From Pseudomonadota bacterium (GTDB taxonomy: Bacteria > Pseudomonadota > Alphaproteobacteria > Reyranellales > Reyranellaceae), in assembly GCA_018242505.1 (NCBI GenBank), contig JAFEBU010000077.1:1953-65952 (forward strand): a stretch of 64,000 bases of DNA, written 5' to 3'. Position 1 is the first letter of the stretch; every line of letters starts with the position of its first letter. The notes under the pieces were generated by a model. That model ran no database searches and had not been told where the DNA came from. It saw only the letters and a program-made list of their open reading frames with translations. Of the stretch, positions 1-9,708 are shown in pieces. The translations under genes and the position numbers were made by a program.

Positions 1-504
1 CGTGTAGGTGACGCCCCTCTCGTCGAGGACATGCCTGCACACCGTCTCCAGAAGCAGGCGCGCGCTGGCAATCGCCCCCTCGGGATCCGTGTGCCGGCGC
101 TCCAGCGCCTTTTGCCAGAGCGCATAGACGGCTGCCGTTTCGACGCCCTGCAGCCTGTCGCCGGTGCTCGAGTCGGCGGGGTTGGCACCGGCAGTCGCGT
201 CCAGACGGTCGAACAGCGGCGTCATGGTGGTCCGGACGTGCTGCCGCCGCAGCTCCCCTTTCGGACCGACCTCTTTCAGATAAGGCCAGAGATGCCCAAG
301 GTCGCGATGCTCCTGCACGTATGTCGGCAGCAGCGGCTTGAGCGCCAGATCGCGCATCATCGCCTGTCGCAGTTCGACATAGACGGCGTCATCGGCCGGT
401 GTGCGATGGCCTTCGCAGGCCTTGAGCAGCACCGCCTGCAGGAGCCGCGCGCGGTCGCCGGCATTCTTGGGAACAAATTCGTTCAGGTCGATGCCATCGG
501 ACAT
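1..504 (-). CDS. Abortive-infection family protein (Abi C-terminal-like), 3' end runs off the window
   Basis: Manual translation from ATG at 504, open to position 1 (not in ORF track): MSDGIDLNEFVPKNAGDRARLLQAVLL...VYALWQKALERRHTDPEGAIASARLLLETVCRHVLDERGVTY. The W..AL.RR..DPEGAI..AR.LLETVC..L segment is what I recognise from proteins annotated abortive infection family. Confidence 0.7.
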   Translation of the reverse strand, partial: MSDGIDLNEFVPKNAGDRARLLQAVLLKACEGHRTPADDAVYVELRQAMMRDLALKPLLPTYVQEHRDLGHLWPYLKEVGPKGELRRQHVRTTMTPLFDRLDATAGANPADSSTGDRLQGVETAAVYALWQKALERRHTDPEGAIASARLLLETVCRHVLDERGVTYT

Positions 505-664
505 GGAAGCGCACTCCGGTCGACAACACCCAGGGCGGTTCAAGTACGCTCCCATCCTTCCCTTCTCCCGCGCCCACGGCAAGAGAGATGGCGACGAATT
601 TCACCAGGAGTGCTGTTCCGGCCGCGAATCCCATCGGCTTCCGGCCCACGACTCCAATCAATCG

Positions 665-1006
665 TCAATCAATCGCCGGTAGTTTCGCATCCGGCACGAC
701 CCGGAAATGCTCTGAATCGGTCGCATAGGCGACATTGTAGATCGTGTGTTGTCCCTCCAGCTCGCGTTCCGTCGAGCGCGCGTTGGCCTTCTTGATATGG
801 CCGACGTCATCCGCCGGCTAATAGAAGGTGTTGGTCGAGCCTTCGACGTGTGTCGGGCGACTCGGCGCGTGCTCGAGCCTCTTCCAGGCTCCGAACGCGA
901 TCAGCGCAACGATCGCCGCCCCGAGATTCACCGCCGCTGACAGCCCCCAATGCCGCAGACGCCGCCTATAATCTGCTCTTGGTCTTCGGCCGCGACGGGT
1001 CAGCAA
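665..1006 (-). pseudogene. Possible interrupted membrane-anchored protein gene (in-frame TAG at 818-820)
   Basis: ORF 818..1006 has one hydrophobic segment. The same frame stays protein-like for 50 codons past TAG (PADDVGHIKKANARSTERELEGQHTIYNVAYATDSEHFRVVPDAKLPAID) until TGA at 665-667. Confidence 0.3.
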
Positions 1007-1514
1007 TCACGCAGGTCCGCTGCGGTCGCCGCGCCGATGACCGCCCATCAGGCCACAGGTGCCGAAGACGAGCAGGTCCGGGTTTTGAGCTTGCTGATCA
1101 TAGAGCTCTCCCTGATAGAGCCCTCCTTGGCGGCTGCGTCGACCAGCAACGCAGGCGCTACAGGCTCGTTGCGGTCCTATCGTGTTGCACTGCGCCGGTA
1201 GAGCGCCATCCAGTCAGCCGCCAATGGGCATACGGCGCGCGCATTGGAGCGACGATCTCCGAGGCGTGGCTCCAGCCCGACTTTCTCACGGTTTCTCTCG
1301 AATTTCTCATCAGGGTGAGAAGCCTCCGATGCCCATGGCATCGGCATTTCAGGCCAGTTTCTCATTTTCTCGCCACACCCCCGTATGGGGTAATAGGATA
1401 CCGTCGACCATCCTGATTGAGGCGCGTTTGGGCGATGGCGAACTTGCTTTCAACGCCGCTTCGCTGGTGGCGGCCTTGATCCTTCTAGGGCTGATGTTCG
1501 TTCATCCACCCCCT

Positions 1515-1584
1515 TTCTTCTCTTCTTCTCTTCTTCTCTTCTTCTCTTCTTCTCTTCTTCTCTTCTTCTCTTCTTCTCTTCTTC
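1515..1584. repeat. Octanucleotide microsatellite (TTCTTCTC)x8 plus a 6-bp partial unit
   Basis: Eight perfect units at 1515-1578 and TTCTTC at 1579-1584, counted directly. Confidence 0.97.
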
Positions 1585-1676
1585 CTTTTGCCTTATCTCC
1601 TCTTCTTCTTTTTCTTTGCGCGTTTCGGGTGCCCTCATTTCCCCGAAGCGCGGTCCAGGCTGGACGATCGCGTTTT

Positions 1677-2799
1677 CTAAGCCGCCGCCTTGTCGTTTCC
1701 TTCGCCGACGCGGGCCGCAAGAGAGGCCGCCATGAATTCGTCGAGGTCGCCGTCGAGCACCTTCTGCGGGTCGGAGCGTTCGACGTTGGTCCTGAGGTCC
1801 TTCACCATCTGGTAGGGCTGCAGCACGTAGGAGCGGATCTGGTGGCCCCAGCCGATGTCGGTCTTGTTGGCTTCCGCCTCCAGCCGCTCGGCCTCGCGCT
1901 TCTGCAACTCGACCTCGTAGAGGCGCGCCTTCAGCATCTGCATCGCCTTGGCGCGATTCTGATGCTGGCTGCGTTCCTGCTGGACCGCGACCGCGATGCC
2001 GGTCGGGATGTGGGTGATGCGCACCGCCGAATCGGTCTTGTTGACATGCTGGCCGCCGGCGCCCGACGCGCGATAGGTGTCGACGCGCAGGTCCTTGTCC
2101 AGGATATCGATCTCGATGTTGTCATCGACCTCGGGATAGACCCAGACCGAGGCGAAGGAAGTCTGGCGGCGCGCATTGCCGTCGAACGGCGAGATGCGCA
2201 CCAGGCGATGCACGCCCGACTCGGTCTTCAGCCAGCCGTAGGCGTTGTGGCCCTCGACCTTGAAGGCGCAGGATTTGATGCCCGCCTCCTCGCCTGCACT
2301 CTCCTCGAGCCAGGAGACCTTGTAGCCACGCCGCTCGGCCCAGCGCGTGTACATGCGCGCCAGCATCTCGGCCCAGTCCTGGGCCTCGGTGCCGCCCGCA
2401 CCCGAATTGATCTCGACATAGGCGTTGTTGGGATCGGCCTCGCCAGAGAGCAGCGTCTCGAGCCGGGCCGTCGCCGCCACCTCGCGCGCCTCGGCGAGCG
2501 ACCGCTCGGCGTCGGCGATCATGGCTTCGTCCTTCTCGGCCTCGGCCATCTCGATCAGGCCGACATTGTCGTCGATCGCCGAACGCAGCCGCCTGATGGT
2601 GGAGATCGCGCCTTCGAGCCGCGTGCGCTCGCGCATCACGGCCTGGGCCTCTGCAGGGTTGTTCCACAGCGCCGAATCCTCGGCGCGCGCGTTCAGCTCA
2701 TCCAGACGTACGACCGCGCGGTCGTAGTCAAAGACGCCTCCTCAGGAGCGCCAGCGACTCCTCGATCTCGTTCACCATGGCCTGAGCTTCGGCGCGCAT
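1677..2799 (-). CDS. prfB: Peptide chain release factor 2, programmed +1 frameshift
   Basis: GGQ motif (GAGGQHVN) and SPF motif. ATG at 2799 gives MRAEAQAMVNEIEESLALLRRRL, then CTT TGA C, and the +1 frame continues into ORF 1677..2639. Confidence 0.98.
2727..2742 (-). promoter_or_regulatory. RF2 frameshift cassette: internal SD AGGAGG and CTT-TGA-C slip site
   Basis: Minus strand reads AGGAGG CGT CTT TGA C, the canonical prfB recoding signal. Confidence 0.95.
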
Positions 2800-2963
2800 A
2801 GGTGCTCCTCGACTTCCGCTTCCTTCTCCTCCCCAGTCTGCTGGAGGTGGCGCCGTCCTGCGGCGACGGAGGGGCATGGGCCGCGCTTCAGCGCTTCTGT
2901 CCCTTCCGCCCGCTTTGCGGGCACCTCCCCATACGGAGTGGGGAAGAAGTCTCTCGACTAGAA

Positions 2964-5459
2964 CTAATACGTCTCGCCGGTCCCGCTCATCGAGCCGCGC
3001 GGCAGGCCGCTGCCGGACGACATCGGGCCGCCGCTTTCGGACGGGTCTATAGCCGAAAGGGAGGCGGAGCCGTCAAGCACCTGCTGTTGATTGTCGCCGT
3101 AGGGCTCGGTGCCGGGCTTGAAGAACTCGTCGATGACGTTGGAATCGCCCGGCCACGCGGGTTGGCCGGTGTCGTGATCGACGCGCACCAGGCGCAGCCC
3201 CGGCGGCACGCGGAACGGCGTCGGCGGCTTGTCCTTGTAGACGACCTTGGCGATGCGTTCGTAGATCGGCGCGGCCGTGCCGCTGCCCGCCTCCATGCGA
3301 CCGAGCGTGCGCGGATCGTCGAAGCCGACATAGACGCCGATCGTGAAGTCGGGCGTGGAGCCGAAGAACCAGGTGTCCTTCGAGTCGTTGGTGGTGCCGG
3401 TCTTTCCGGCGATCGGCCGTTTCAGCGCGGCGAGCTGGGCCGCGGTGCCGCGCGTGGTGACGCCCAGCATCATGTTCACCACCTGGTAGACCGAAGCGGG
3501 ATCGTGGAACGGCTGGCGCGGATCGACGATGCGCGGCGGCTTGGGCTTCTGACCGTTGGCGGCCGGCCCGCAGCCCTCGCAGATACGGGGCTCGTGACGG
3601 TAGATCGTCTTGCCGTCGCGATCCTGCACGCGGTCGATCAGGCTCGGCGTGATGCGGCGCGCCCCGTTGGCGAGCTGGGCATGCGCCATGGTCATACGCA
3701 GGAGCGTGGTGTCGACGGCGCCCAGCGCCATCGGCAGGTAGGCGCCCATGTTGTCGGCGATGCCGAACTCCTTCGCCACCTCGACCACGCGCTTCATGCC
3801 GATCTGCTGCGCCATGCGCACAGTCATGAGGTTGCGCGAGAGCTCCAGACCGCGACGCACCGTGGCCGGACCGAGATCGGCCTCGTGCTGGTAGTTGCCC
3901 GGCCGCCAGATCGGCTGGCCGTAACCCGGGTTGTATTCGAACGGCGCATCGAGCACGAGGGTGGAGGGCGTGAGGCCGGCATCCATCGCCGCGAGATAGA
4001 CGAACGGCTTGAAGGAGGAGCCGGGCTGGCGCTGGGCCTGGACGGCGCGGTTGAACTGGCTCATCCCGTAGGACCAGCCGCCCGACATCGCGAGGATGCG
4101 GCCGGTCTGCGGATCCATCACGATGACCGCGCCGTTCACGTTGGGCACCTGGCGCAGCGCGTAGGTGTTGGCCGGATAGGGCTTGTGGTTGGCGTCGGTC
4201 GCAGCCTTCTCGACCACGATCACGTCACCGACATTGACGACGTTGGCCGGCCGGCCGGGACAGGCGCCGACCGTCTGTTCGGGAGCGGTCTTGCAGGCCC
4301 AGCGCATCTCGGCAAAGGGCACGGTGCCGGTGCCGTTGTCGGGCAAGCCACCGATGATGGCGGCCTGTGGTTCGACCTTGGTGACGACCGCGAGCTGCCA
4401 GGTGGGTGGACCGTAGAGCGGTCGGCGCTGCTGAACGCGCGCGAACTCCTCCTGCCAGTTTGTGCTCATATCGGCGATCTTGGCATAGGGCCCGCGCCAG
4501 CCGTGGCGGCGGTCATAGGCGATGAGACCGGCCTGCAAGGCCTTGTCCGCCGTCTCCTGGATCTCGGGATCGAGCGAGGTCATGACAGTGAGGCCCCCCT
4601 CATAGAGGCCCTTGTCACCATAGGCGGCCAAAAGGTTGCGCCGCGCCTCCTCGGCGAAATAGTCGGCGGTCACGATCTCGGTCGGACCGCGTCGACGGTA
4701 CTGCAGCTTCTCGGCCTTGGCGGCCTTCTCCTCCGCCGCGGTGATATAGCCGTCCTCGCGCATGCGCCCCAGCACATAGTCCCGCCGTGCATAGGCTTCC
4801 CGCGAGTTGCGCACGATGTTGTAGCGGTTGGGCGCCTTGGGCAGCGCCGCGAGATAGGCCATCTCCGACAGGCTGAGCTCGCCCAGCGACCGGTCGAAAT
4901 AGTTCAGCGCTGCGGAGGCGACGCCGTAATTGCCGCCGCCGAGATAGATCTCGTTGAGATAGAGCTCGAGGATGTGGTCCTTGGAATAGGTCTGCTCGAT
5001 CCGGAAGGCGAGGATGGCCTCACGGATCTTGCGCGACAGCGTGGCCTGGTTGGAGAGCAGGAAGTTCTTGGCCACCTGCTGGGTGATGCCCGAGGCGCCC
5101 TCGGGCCGCTTCCCCGGATTGGCGAGATCGGTGATCGCGGCCCGCGCCATGCCGATGAAATCGACGCCAGGGTGGGTATAGAAGCGCTGGTCCTCGGCCG
5201 ACACGAAGGCCTCGAGCAAGCGCTTGGGCATGGCCGCCACGGGCACGAAGATGCGTTTCTCACGCGCATACTCCGCCAGCAACCGGCCGTCGGCGGCATA
5301 GAGACGCGACACGGTGGGCGGCTGGTAGTCGGCCAGCTGCTTGTGGTCGGGCAGGCCATGGCTGAAATGCCAGAACAGGCCCGCAACGGTGCCGATACCG
5401 ACGATCAGGCCGGCCAGGCAGAAGGCCAGCAGCACTTTGACGAAGCGGATCACGGTCAC
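2964..5459 (-). CDS. mrcA: Penicillin-binding protein 1A (transglycosylase/transpeptidase)
   Basis: N-terminal TM; EDQRFYTH and GASGITQQVAKN GT51 motifs; SSFK, SRN and KTG transpeptidase motifs. Confidence 0.95.
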   Translation of the reverse strand: MTVIRFVKVLLAFCLAGLIVGIGTVAGLFWHFSHGLPDHKQLADYQPPTVSRLYAADGRLLAEYAREKRIFVPVAAMPKRLLEAFVSAEDQRFYTHPGVDFIGMARAAITDLANPGKRPEGASGITQQVAKNFLLSNQATLSRKIREAILAFRIEQTYSKDHILELYLNEIYLGGGNYGVASAALNYFDRSLGELSLSEMAYLAALPKAPNRYNIVRNSREAYARRDYVLGRMREDGYITAAEEKAAKAEKLQYRRRGPTEIVTADYFAEEARRNLLAAYGDKGLYEGGLTVMTSLDPEIQETADKALQAGLIAYDRRHGWRGPYAKIADMSTNWQEEFARVQQRRPLYGPPTWQLAVVTKVEPQAAIIGGLPDNGTGTVPFAEMRWACKTAPEQTVGACPGRPANVVNVGDVIVVEKAATDANHKPYPANTYALRQVPNVNGAVIVMDPQTGRILAMSGGWSYGMSQFNRAVQAQRQPGSSFKPFVYLAAMDAGLTPSTLVLDAPFEYNPGYGQPIWRPGNYQHEADLGPATVRRGLELSRNLMTVRMAQQIGMKRVVEVAKEFGIADNMGAYLPMALGAVDTTLLRMTMAHAQLANGARRITPSLIDRVQDRDGKTIYRHEPRICEGCGPAANGQKPKPPRIVDPRQPFHDPASVYQVVNMMLGVTTRGTAAQLAALKRPIAGKTGTTNDSKDTWFFGSTPDFTIGVYVGFDDPRTLGRMEAGSGTAAPIYERIAKVVYKDKPPTPFRVPPGLRLVRVDHDTGQPAWPGDSNVIDEFFKPGTEPYGDNQQQVLDGSASLSAIDPSESGGPMSSGSGLPRGSMSGTGETY

Positions 5460-5539
5460 CTTCTACGCGAGCCCTGCAGGGAGCGGCAACCAGTCGATGC
5501 CAGTCCCTCCGAGGCCAATGTTCACAAAGTGATAGCGAC

Positions 5540-6445
5540 TTACGCCTTTCTTGTGGCAGATCCGGCGCCGAAATAAGCATCGACCGAGGCTCGGAGGGCC
5601 CTCCCAAGCGCGACCTGATGCTGCGGCACGGTCAGGAGCTTCTCGTCATAGCGGTTGGAGAGATAGCCCAGTTCCACCAGCGCCGCCGGAATGTCGGGCG
5701 AGGTCAGCACGGCGAAGCCGGCCTCGCGATGGCTGCGCGGCAGCAAGCGGACGCCGCTGCGGCCGAAGGTCTCGACGATCGTGTCGGCGAAGCGGCGCGA
5801 AGCGTTGCCCGTGCCGCGCTGGGACATCGCGACCAGCGTCTTGGCGACGGTGTCGGAATGGCGGCTGAGATCCAGGGTTGCGAGGCCGCTGGCATTCTCG
5901 CGGGCGGCCAGTGCCGCCGCCTCCCGGTCGCTGGCTTCCTCCGACAGCGTGTAGACCGAAGCCCCACGCACCCCCGGATCTGGATGCGAATCGGCATGGA
6001 TCGACAGAAACAGGTCGGCCTTCGCCTCTTCCGCCCGCGCCACCCGTTCGCGCAAGGGGATGAAGGTGTCGCCGCTACGGGTGAGCACGACGCGATAGCG
6101 GCCTCCGACCTTGAGTTGCTGCTGCAGGTCGCGCGCAACGCGGATGACGACGTTCTTCTCCTGGGTACCGCGCAGTCCGAGCGCCCCCGGATCCTTGCCT
6201 CCATGCCCCGGATCGAGAACGATCAGCTTGGGCTTGGGCGCAACCGGCTTCAGCTTCCTGATCGCCGGCGCGGGCAGCTTCTTGGCCGATCGCGCATATG
6301 CCGAGGAACTGCCAGCAACCAAGGTTCCCAGCACCAGCAAAGCGGCGGTCACATCGCGACGGCGAACGTCCATTATTGCCAGCGCCCGTCGATAGAGGGG
6401 TTCAGTTCTTATGAAGATTTCTTCAAGTAAAACATGAAGACCCAT
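5540..6445 (-). CDS. amiC: N-acetylmuramoyl-L-alanine amidase (Amidase_3); start uncertain
   Basis: LDPGHGGKDPGA, EK, SIHAD and LVELGY motifs; Tat-like RR before a hydrophobic stretch; typical position between mrcA and rne. Confidence 0.88.
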   Translation of the reverse strand: MGLHVLLEEIFIRTEPLYRRALAIMDVRRRDVTAALLVLGTLVAGSSSAYARSAKKLPAPAIRKLKPVAPKPKLIVLDPGHGGKDPGALGLRGTQEKNVVIRVARDLQQQLKVGGRYRVVLTRSGDTFIPLRERVARAEEAKADLFLSIHADSHPDPGVRGASVYTLSEEASDREAAALAARENASGLATLDLSRHSDTVAKTLVAMSQRGTGNASRRFADTIVETFGRSGVRLLPRSHREAGFAVLTSPDIPAALVELGYLSNRYDEKLLTVPQHQVALGRALRASVDAYFGAGSATRKA

Positions 6446-6834
6446 GTAAATTTAATGTATTTCAGTTGCTTATGCGACGATTTGCATTGTCGCAATGTTT
6501 GGGGTTGTCGGTCTTCCCCGAACCCCGTATTTTGAGATTTGCGAGCAGTCGCCGTCGTTCGAAGCGCCCTCCCGCGGAGGCCGCGCTCCGACGGCAGCCC
6601 TGCCGGGCCGCCTTTTCTGAGGCAAGGTCCGCGGGATTGTCAGGCAGGCGGTGGCTATCAGGAACCCTCGAGGTGGCAGGACCCGTACGGTCCGGCGGCG
6701 CGATGCTTCCCCGTCTTGGCCTGTTGTTGGGCCGTTCGACGGGTCGATGACGCCCCGTCCCCCTCGCGCCAAGGAGGCGGCAAGGTCGCTGGTTGCTCGC
6801 GCCGGTCGGATCCGAACGCCTCGGGAGCGAGCCC

Positions 6835-9708
6835 ATGGCACGGCGTATGCTCATTGATGCCAGCCATCCGGAGGAAACCCGGGTGGTGGTCGTCGACGGA
6901 ACTCGTCTGGAAGAATTCGATTTCGAGACCGCGTCTCGAAAGCCTCTCAAAGGCAACATCTATCTCGCCAAGGTGATCCGCATCGAACCGTCGCTGCAGG
7001 CGGCGTTCGTTGAATATGGCGGCAACCGCCACGGCTTTCTGGCCTTCTCGGAAATTCATCCCGACTACTATCAAATCCCGGTCGCCGACCGCGAGCGGCT
7101 GATCGCCGAGCAGCAGCGCCTGCACGAGGAAGCCGAGGACGAGCCGGAGCCGCACTCCAACAGGATCGACCGCACCGACATCGAGGAAGTCCGCGCCGAG
7201 CGGGCCGAAGCGATCGCTGCATCCGAAGGACTGCAGGCCGAGACGCCGCACGCCGACGGCGCGAGCGAAGGCACCGCCGAAGAGACCACGGTCGAAGCCT
7301 TCGCCGCCGAGTCCTCCGTCGTGGAAACGGCCGCCATCGCCGAACCTGCCGTGGCATCCGAGTCGCCGGTCGAGGCGCCCCACGAACCGGTATCGACGCC
7401 GATCGAAACCGTCGAGCGTGCGCAGCCGGAGGCGATCGCCGGTGAGCGCATCGACGGACCGTTCGAAAGCGCGCCGGCGGACGAGATCCGCGAAGCGGCA
7501 CCTGAGTCTTCTGAAGCGGTGCCTGAGTCTTCCGAGGCACCGGTCGCGATCGCCGAGACCCTCTCGGCCAACGAGAATGCCCCGGCCGAAGCGACGACCG
7601 ATCTCGCCGAGGCGCCGCAACCCGAGGTCGCGGTCGAGACGCTGGGCGGCGACGATGTGGCCGGGGAAGAACGCGAGACGCGCGAGCGCCGCCGCCGCCA
7701 TCCAGTCCGCACCTACAAGATCCAGGAAGTGATCAAGCGGCGCCAGATCCTGCTGGTGCAGGTCGTGAAGGAGGAGCGCGGCAACAAGGGCGCGGCCGTC
7801 ACGACCTACCTCTCGCTTGCCGGACGCTACTGCGTGCTGATGCCCAATGCCGGCCGCGGCGGCGGGATCTCGCGCAAGATCTCCAACCCCACCGACCGCA
7901 AGCGCATGAAGGAGATGCTGGCCCAGCTCGAAGTGCCGCAGGGCATGGGCGTGATCCTGCGCACCGCCGGGCTGGAGCGCTCCAACATCGATATCAAGCG
8001 CGACTACGAATACCTGTCTCGGCTCTGGGACTCGATCCGCGAACTCACCATGCGCTCGACGGCGCCGGCGCTGATCTACGAGGAAGGCGACCTCATCAAG
8101 CGCTCGCTGCGCGACGTCTACGACACCGACATCGCCCAGGTGCTGGTCGAAGGCGAAGCGGGCTTTCAGGCGGCATCGGAATTCATGCGCCAGCTCGTGC
8201 CGCACCAGGCGAACAAGGTCGAGCAGTACAACGAGCCGATCCCCCTCTTCCACCGCTACCAGGTCGAAAACCAGTTCGACGCCATGCACTCGCCGGTAGT
8301 GCAGTTGCGCAGCGGCGGCTACATCGTCATCAATCCGACCGAGGCGCTGGTCGCGATCGACGTCAACTCGGGGCGCTCGACCAAGGAACGCAATATCGAG
8401 GAGACGGCGCTCAGGACCAACATCGAGGCGGCCGAGGAAGTGGCCCGGCAGGTGCGCCTGCGCGACCTCGCCGGCCTGATCGTGATCGACTTCATCGACA
8501 TGGAGGAGACGCGGCACCAGCGCCAGGTCGAGCACAAGGTCAAGGACGCGATGCGCAACGACCGCGCGCGCATCCAGATCGGCCGCATCTCCGCCTTCGG
8601 CCTGCTCGAAATGTCGCGTCAGCGGCTGCGGCCCTCGCTGCTCGAGCATTCGACCGAGATCTGCCCGCATTGTGCCGGCACCGGCCGCGTGCGCTCGATC
8701 GAATCGGCGGCGCTGCACGCGCTGCGCGCCATCGAAGAGGAAGGCGTGCGCCGGCGTTCGAGCGAGATCGCCGTCAGCGTGCCGCCCAACGTGGCGCTCT
8801 ACCTGCTCAACCAGAAACGCCACACGCTTTCGGAGATCGAGAAGCGCTACGGCTTTACCGTCACTGTCGAGGCCGACGAGGAGATGCACGCCGCCGACTG
8901 CGAGATCGAGCGCGTACGCTCGCGCCGCGGCGACGACCAGCGCCCCGCCCCCGAACTCGCGCGCGCTAGCTACGATGCGGTCGAGGGCGAAGCCCCCGGT
9001 ACGGACGGCGAAGACACCGAGGCCGGTGGCGAACGTGCCGCCAGCGAAGAGGACGGCGAGGGTGGCGGCCGCGGTCGCCGGCGCCGTCGACGTCGCCGGC
9101 GCAGCGGTCGGCGGGACGAGCAGGATCTTGCGCCAGGTGAAGCCGAGGACGAACAGCCGCACGCCGCCGCAAACGGCGCCGGCGAGCCCGACGCCGGCGA
9201 CGAGCCGGTGGCCCACGAGGACGACGCCGACGGCGACGAAGCTGGCGCTCAGGCCGCCAACGATCGCGCCGAGGATGACCGTGCCGATGGCGACCGTGCC
9301 GACGGCGACCGCCGCCGCCGCCGCGGCCGCCGTGGCGGCCGACGGCGTCGCCGCGAGAATGGCGAAGGCGACGTGAGCGACCACGCTGACGACCATCCGA
9401 CCGCCGATGCGCAGCTTTCGGCCGATCAGCCCCCGTCACCACCGGCATCGATGAATGGTCAACCTGTTGACCAGATGGATGGCGGTCACATGCCGGTTGA
9501 GCATCCACCCTTCGAGCCGTCAGCCGAAGCAGTGGCCGAGAGTGTGGCCCCGCCACCGCCGCTTGCGCCGCCGCCGGAACCCATCGTTGCCGCAGCGCCG
9601 CAGCCGGTAGAGCCTCCGGCCGAGCCACTGCCCCCCGCGGTGGTCATTCCGACGATCTCGACCGACACACCTCCCGAGAAACCCAAGCGCGGCTGGTGGC
9701 GTCGCTGA
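6835..9708 (+). CDS. rne: Ribonuclease E/G family
   Basis: MARRMLIDA..EETRV, KGNIYLAKV, AIDVNSG, DFIDM and CPHC motifs; acidic insertion in the S1 region; Arg-rich/Pro-rich C-terminal scaffold ending GWWRR. Confidence 0.96.
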   Translation: MARRMLIDASHPEETRVVVVDGTRLEEFDFETASRKPLKGNIYLAKVIRIEPSLQAAFVEYGGNRHGFLAFSEIHPDYYQIPVADRERLIAEQQRLHEEAEDEPEPHSNRIDRTDIEEVRAERAEAIAASEGLQAETPHADGASEGTAEETTVEAFAAESSVVETAAIAEPAVASESPVEAPHEPVSTPIETVERAQPEAIAGERIDGPFESAPADEIREAAPESSEAVPESSEAPVAIAETLSANENAPAEATTDLAEAPQPEVAVETLGGDDVAGEERETRERRRRHPVRTYKIQEVIKRRQILLVQVVKEERGNKGAAVTTYLSLAGRYCVLMPNAGRGGGISRKISNPTDRKRMKEMLAQLEVPQGMGVILRTAGLERSNIDIKRDYEYLSRLWDSIRELTMRSTAPALIYEEGDLIKRSLRDVYDTDIAQVLVEGEAGFQAASEFMRQLVPHQANKVEQYNEPIPLFHRYQVENQFDAMHSPVVQLRSGGYIVINPTEALVAIDVNSGRSTKERNIEETALRTNIEAAEEVARQVRLRDLAGLIVIDFIDMEETRHQRQVEHKVKDAMRNDRARIQIGRISAFGLLEMSRQRLRPSLLEHSTEICPHCAGTGRVRSIESAALHALRAIEEEGVRRRSSEIAVSVPPNVALYLLNQKRHTLSEIEKRYGFTVTVEADEEMHAADCEIERVRSRRGDDQRPAPELARASYDAVEGEAPGTDGEDTEAGGERAASEEDGEGGGRGRRRRRRRRRSGRRDEQDLAPGEAEDEQPHAAANGAGEPDAGDEPVAHEDDADGDEAGAQAANDRAEDDRADGDRADGDRRRRRGRRGGRRRRRENGEGDVSDHADDHPTADAQLSADQPPSPPASMNGQPVDQMDGGHMPVEHPPFEPSAEAVAESVAPPPPLAPPPEPIVAAAPQPVEPPAEPLPPAVVIPTISTDTPPEKPKRGWWRR

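Noticed and set aside
1047-1100. 17-aa micro-ORF MISKLKTRTCSSSAPVA on the minus strand with a GGGAGAG RBS
   Set aside because: No compositional, structural or contextual support beyond a plausible RBS.
1375-1490. Transposase relic on the minus strand (..*KDQGRHQRSGVESKFAIAQ, reminiscent of an R-x3-E-x6-K motif)
   Set aside because: Only ~15 residues, the key Lys is absent, and no other DDE motifs or ends; chance is equally likely.
1515-1584. CRISPR array (also considered for 9697-10105 and 42321-42365)
   Set aside because: Contiguous tandem units with no unique spacers and no cas genes.
2802-5576. Very long antisense ORFs (e.g. 2802..5576 +, 6658..9396 -, 39348..42050 -, 56173..58473 +)
   Set aside because: Shadow frames of real genes, expected in high-GC DNA; no motifs.
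7498-7540. Short internal repeats in rne (APESSEAVPESSEA; also DRADGDRADGDR near 9276-9310)
   Set aside because: Ordinary low-complexity duplications in the disordered regions of RNase E.
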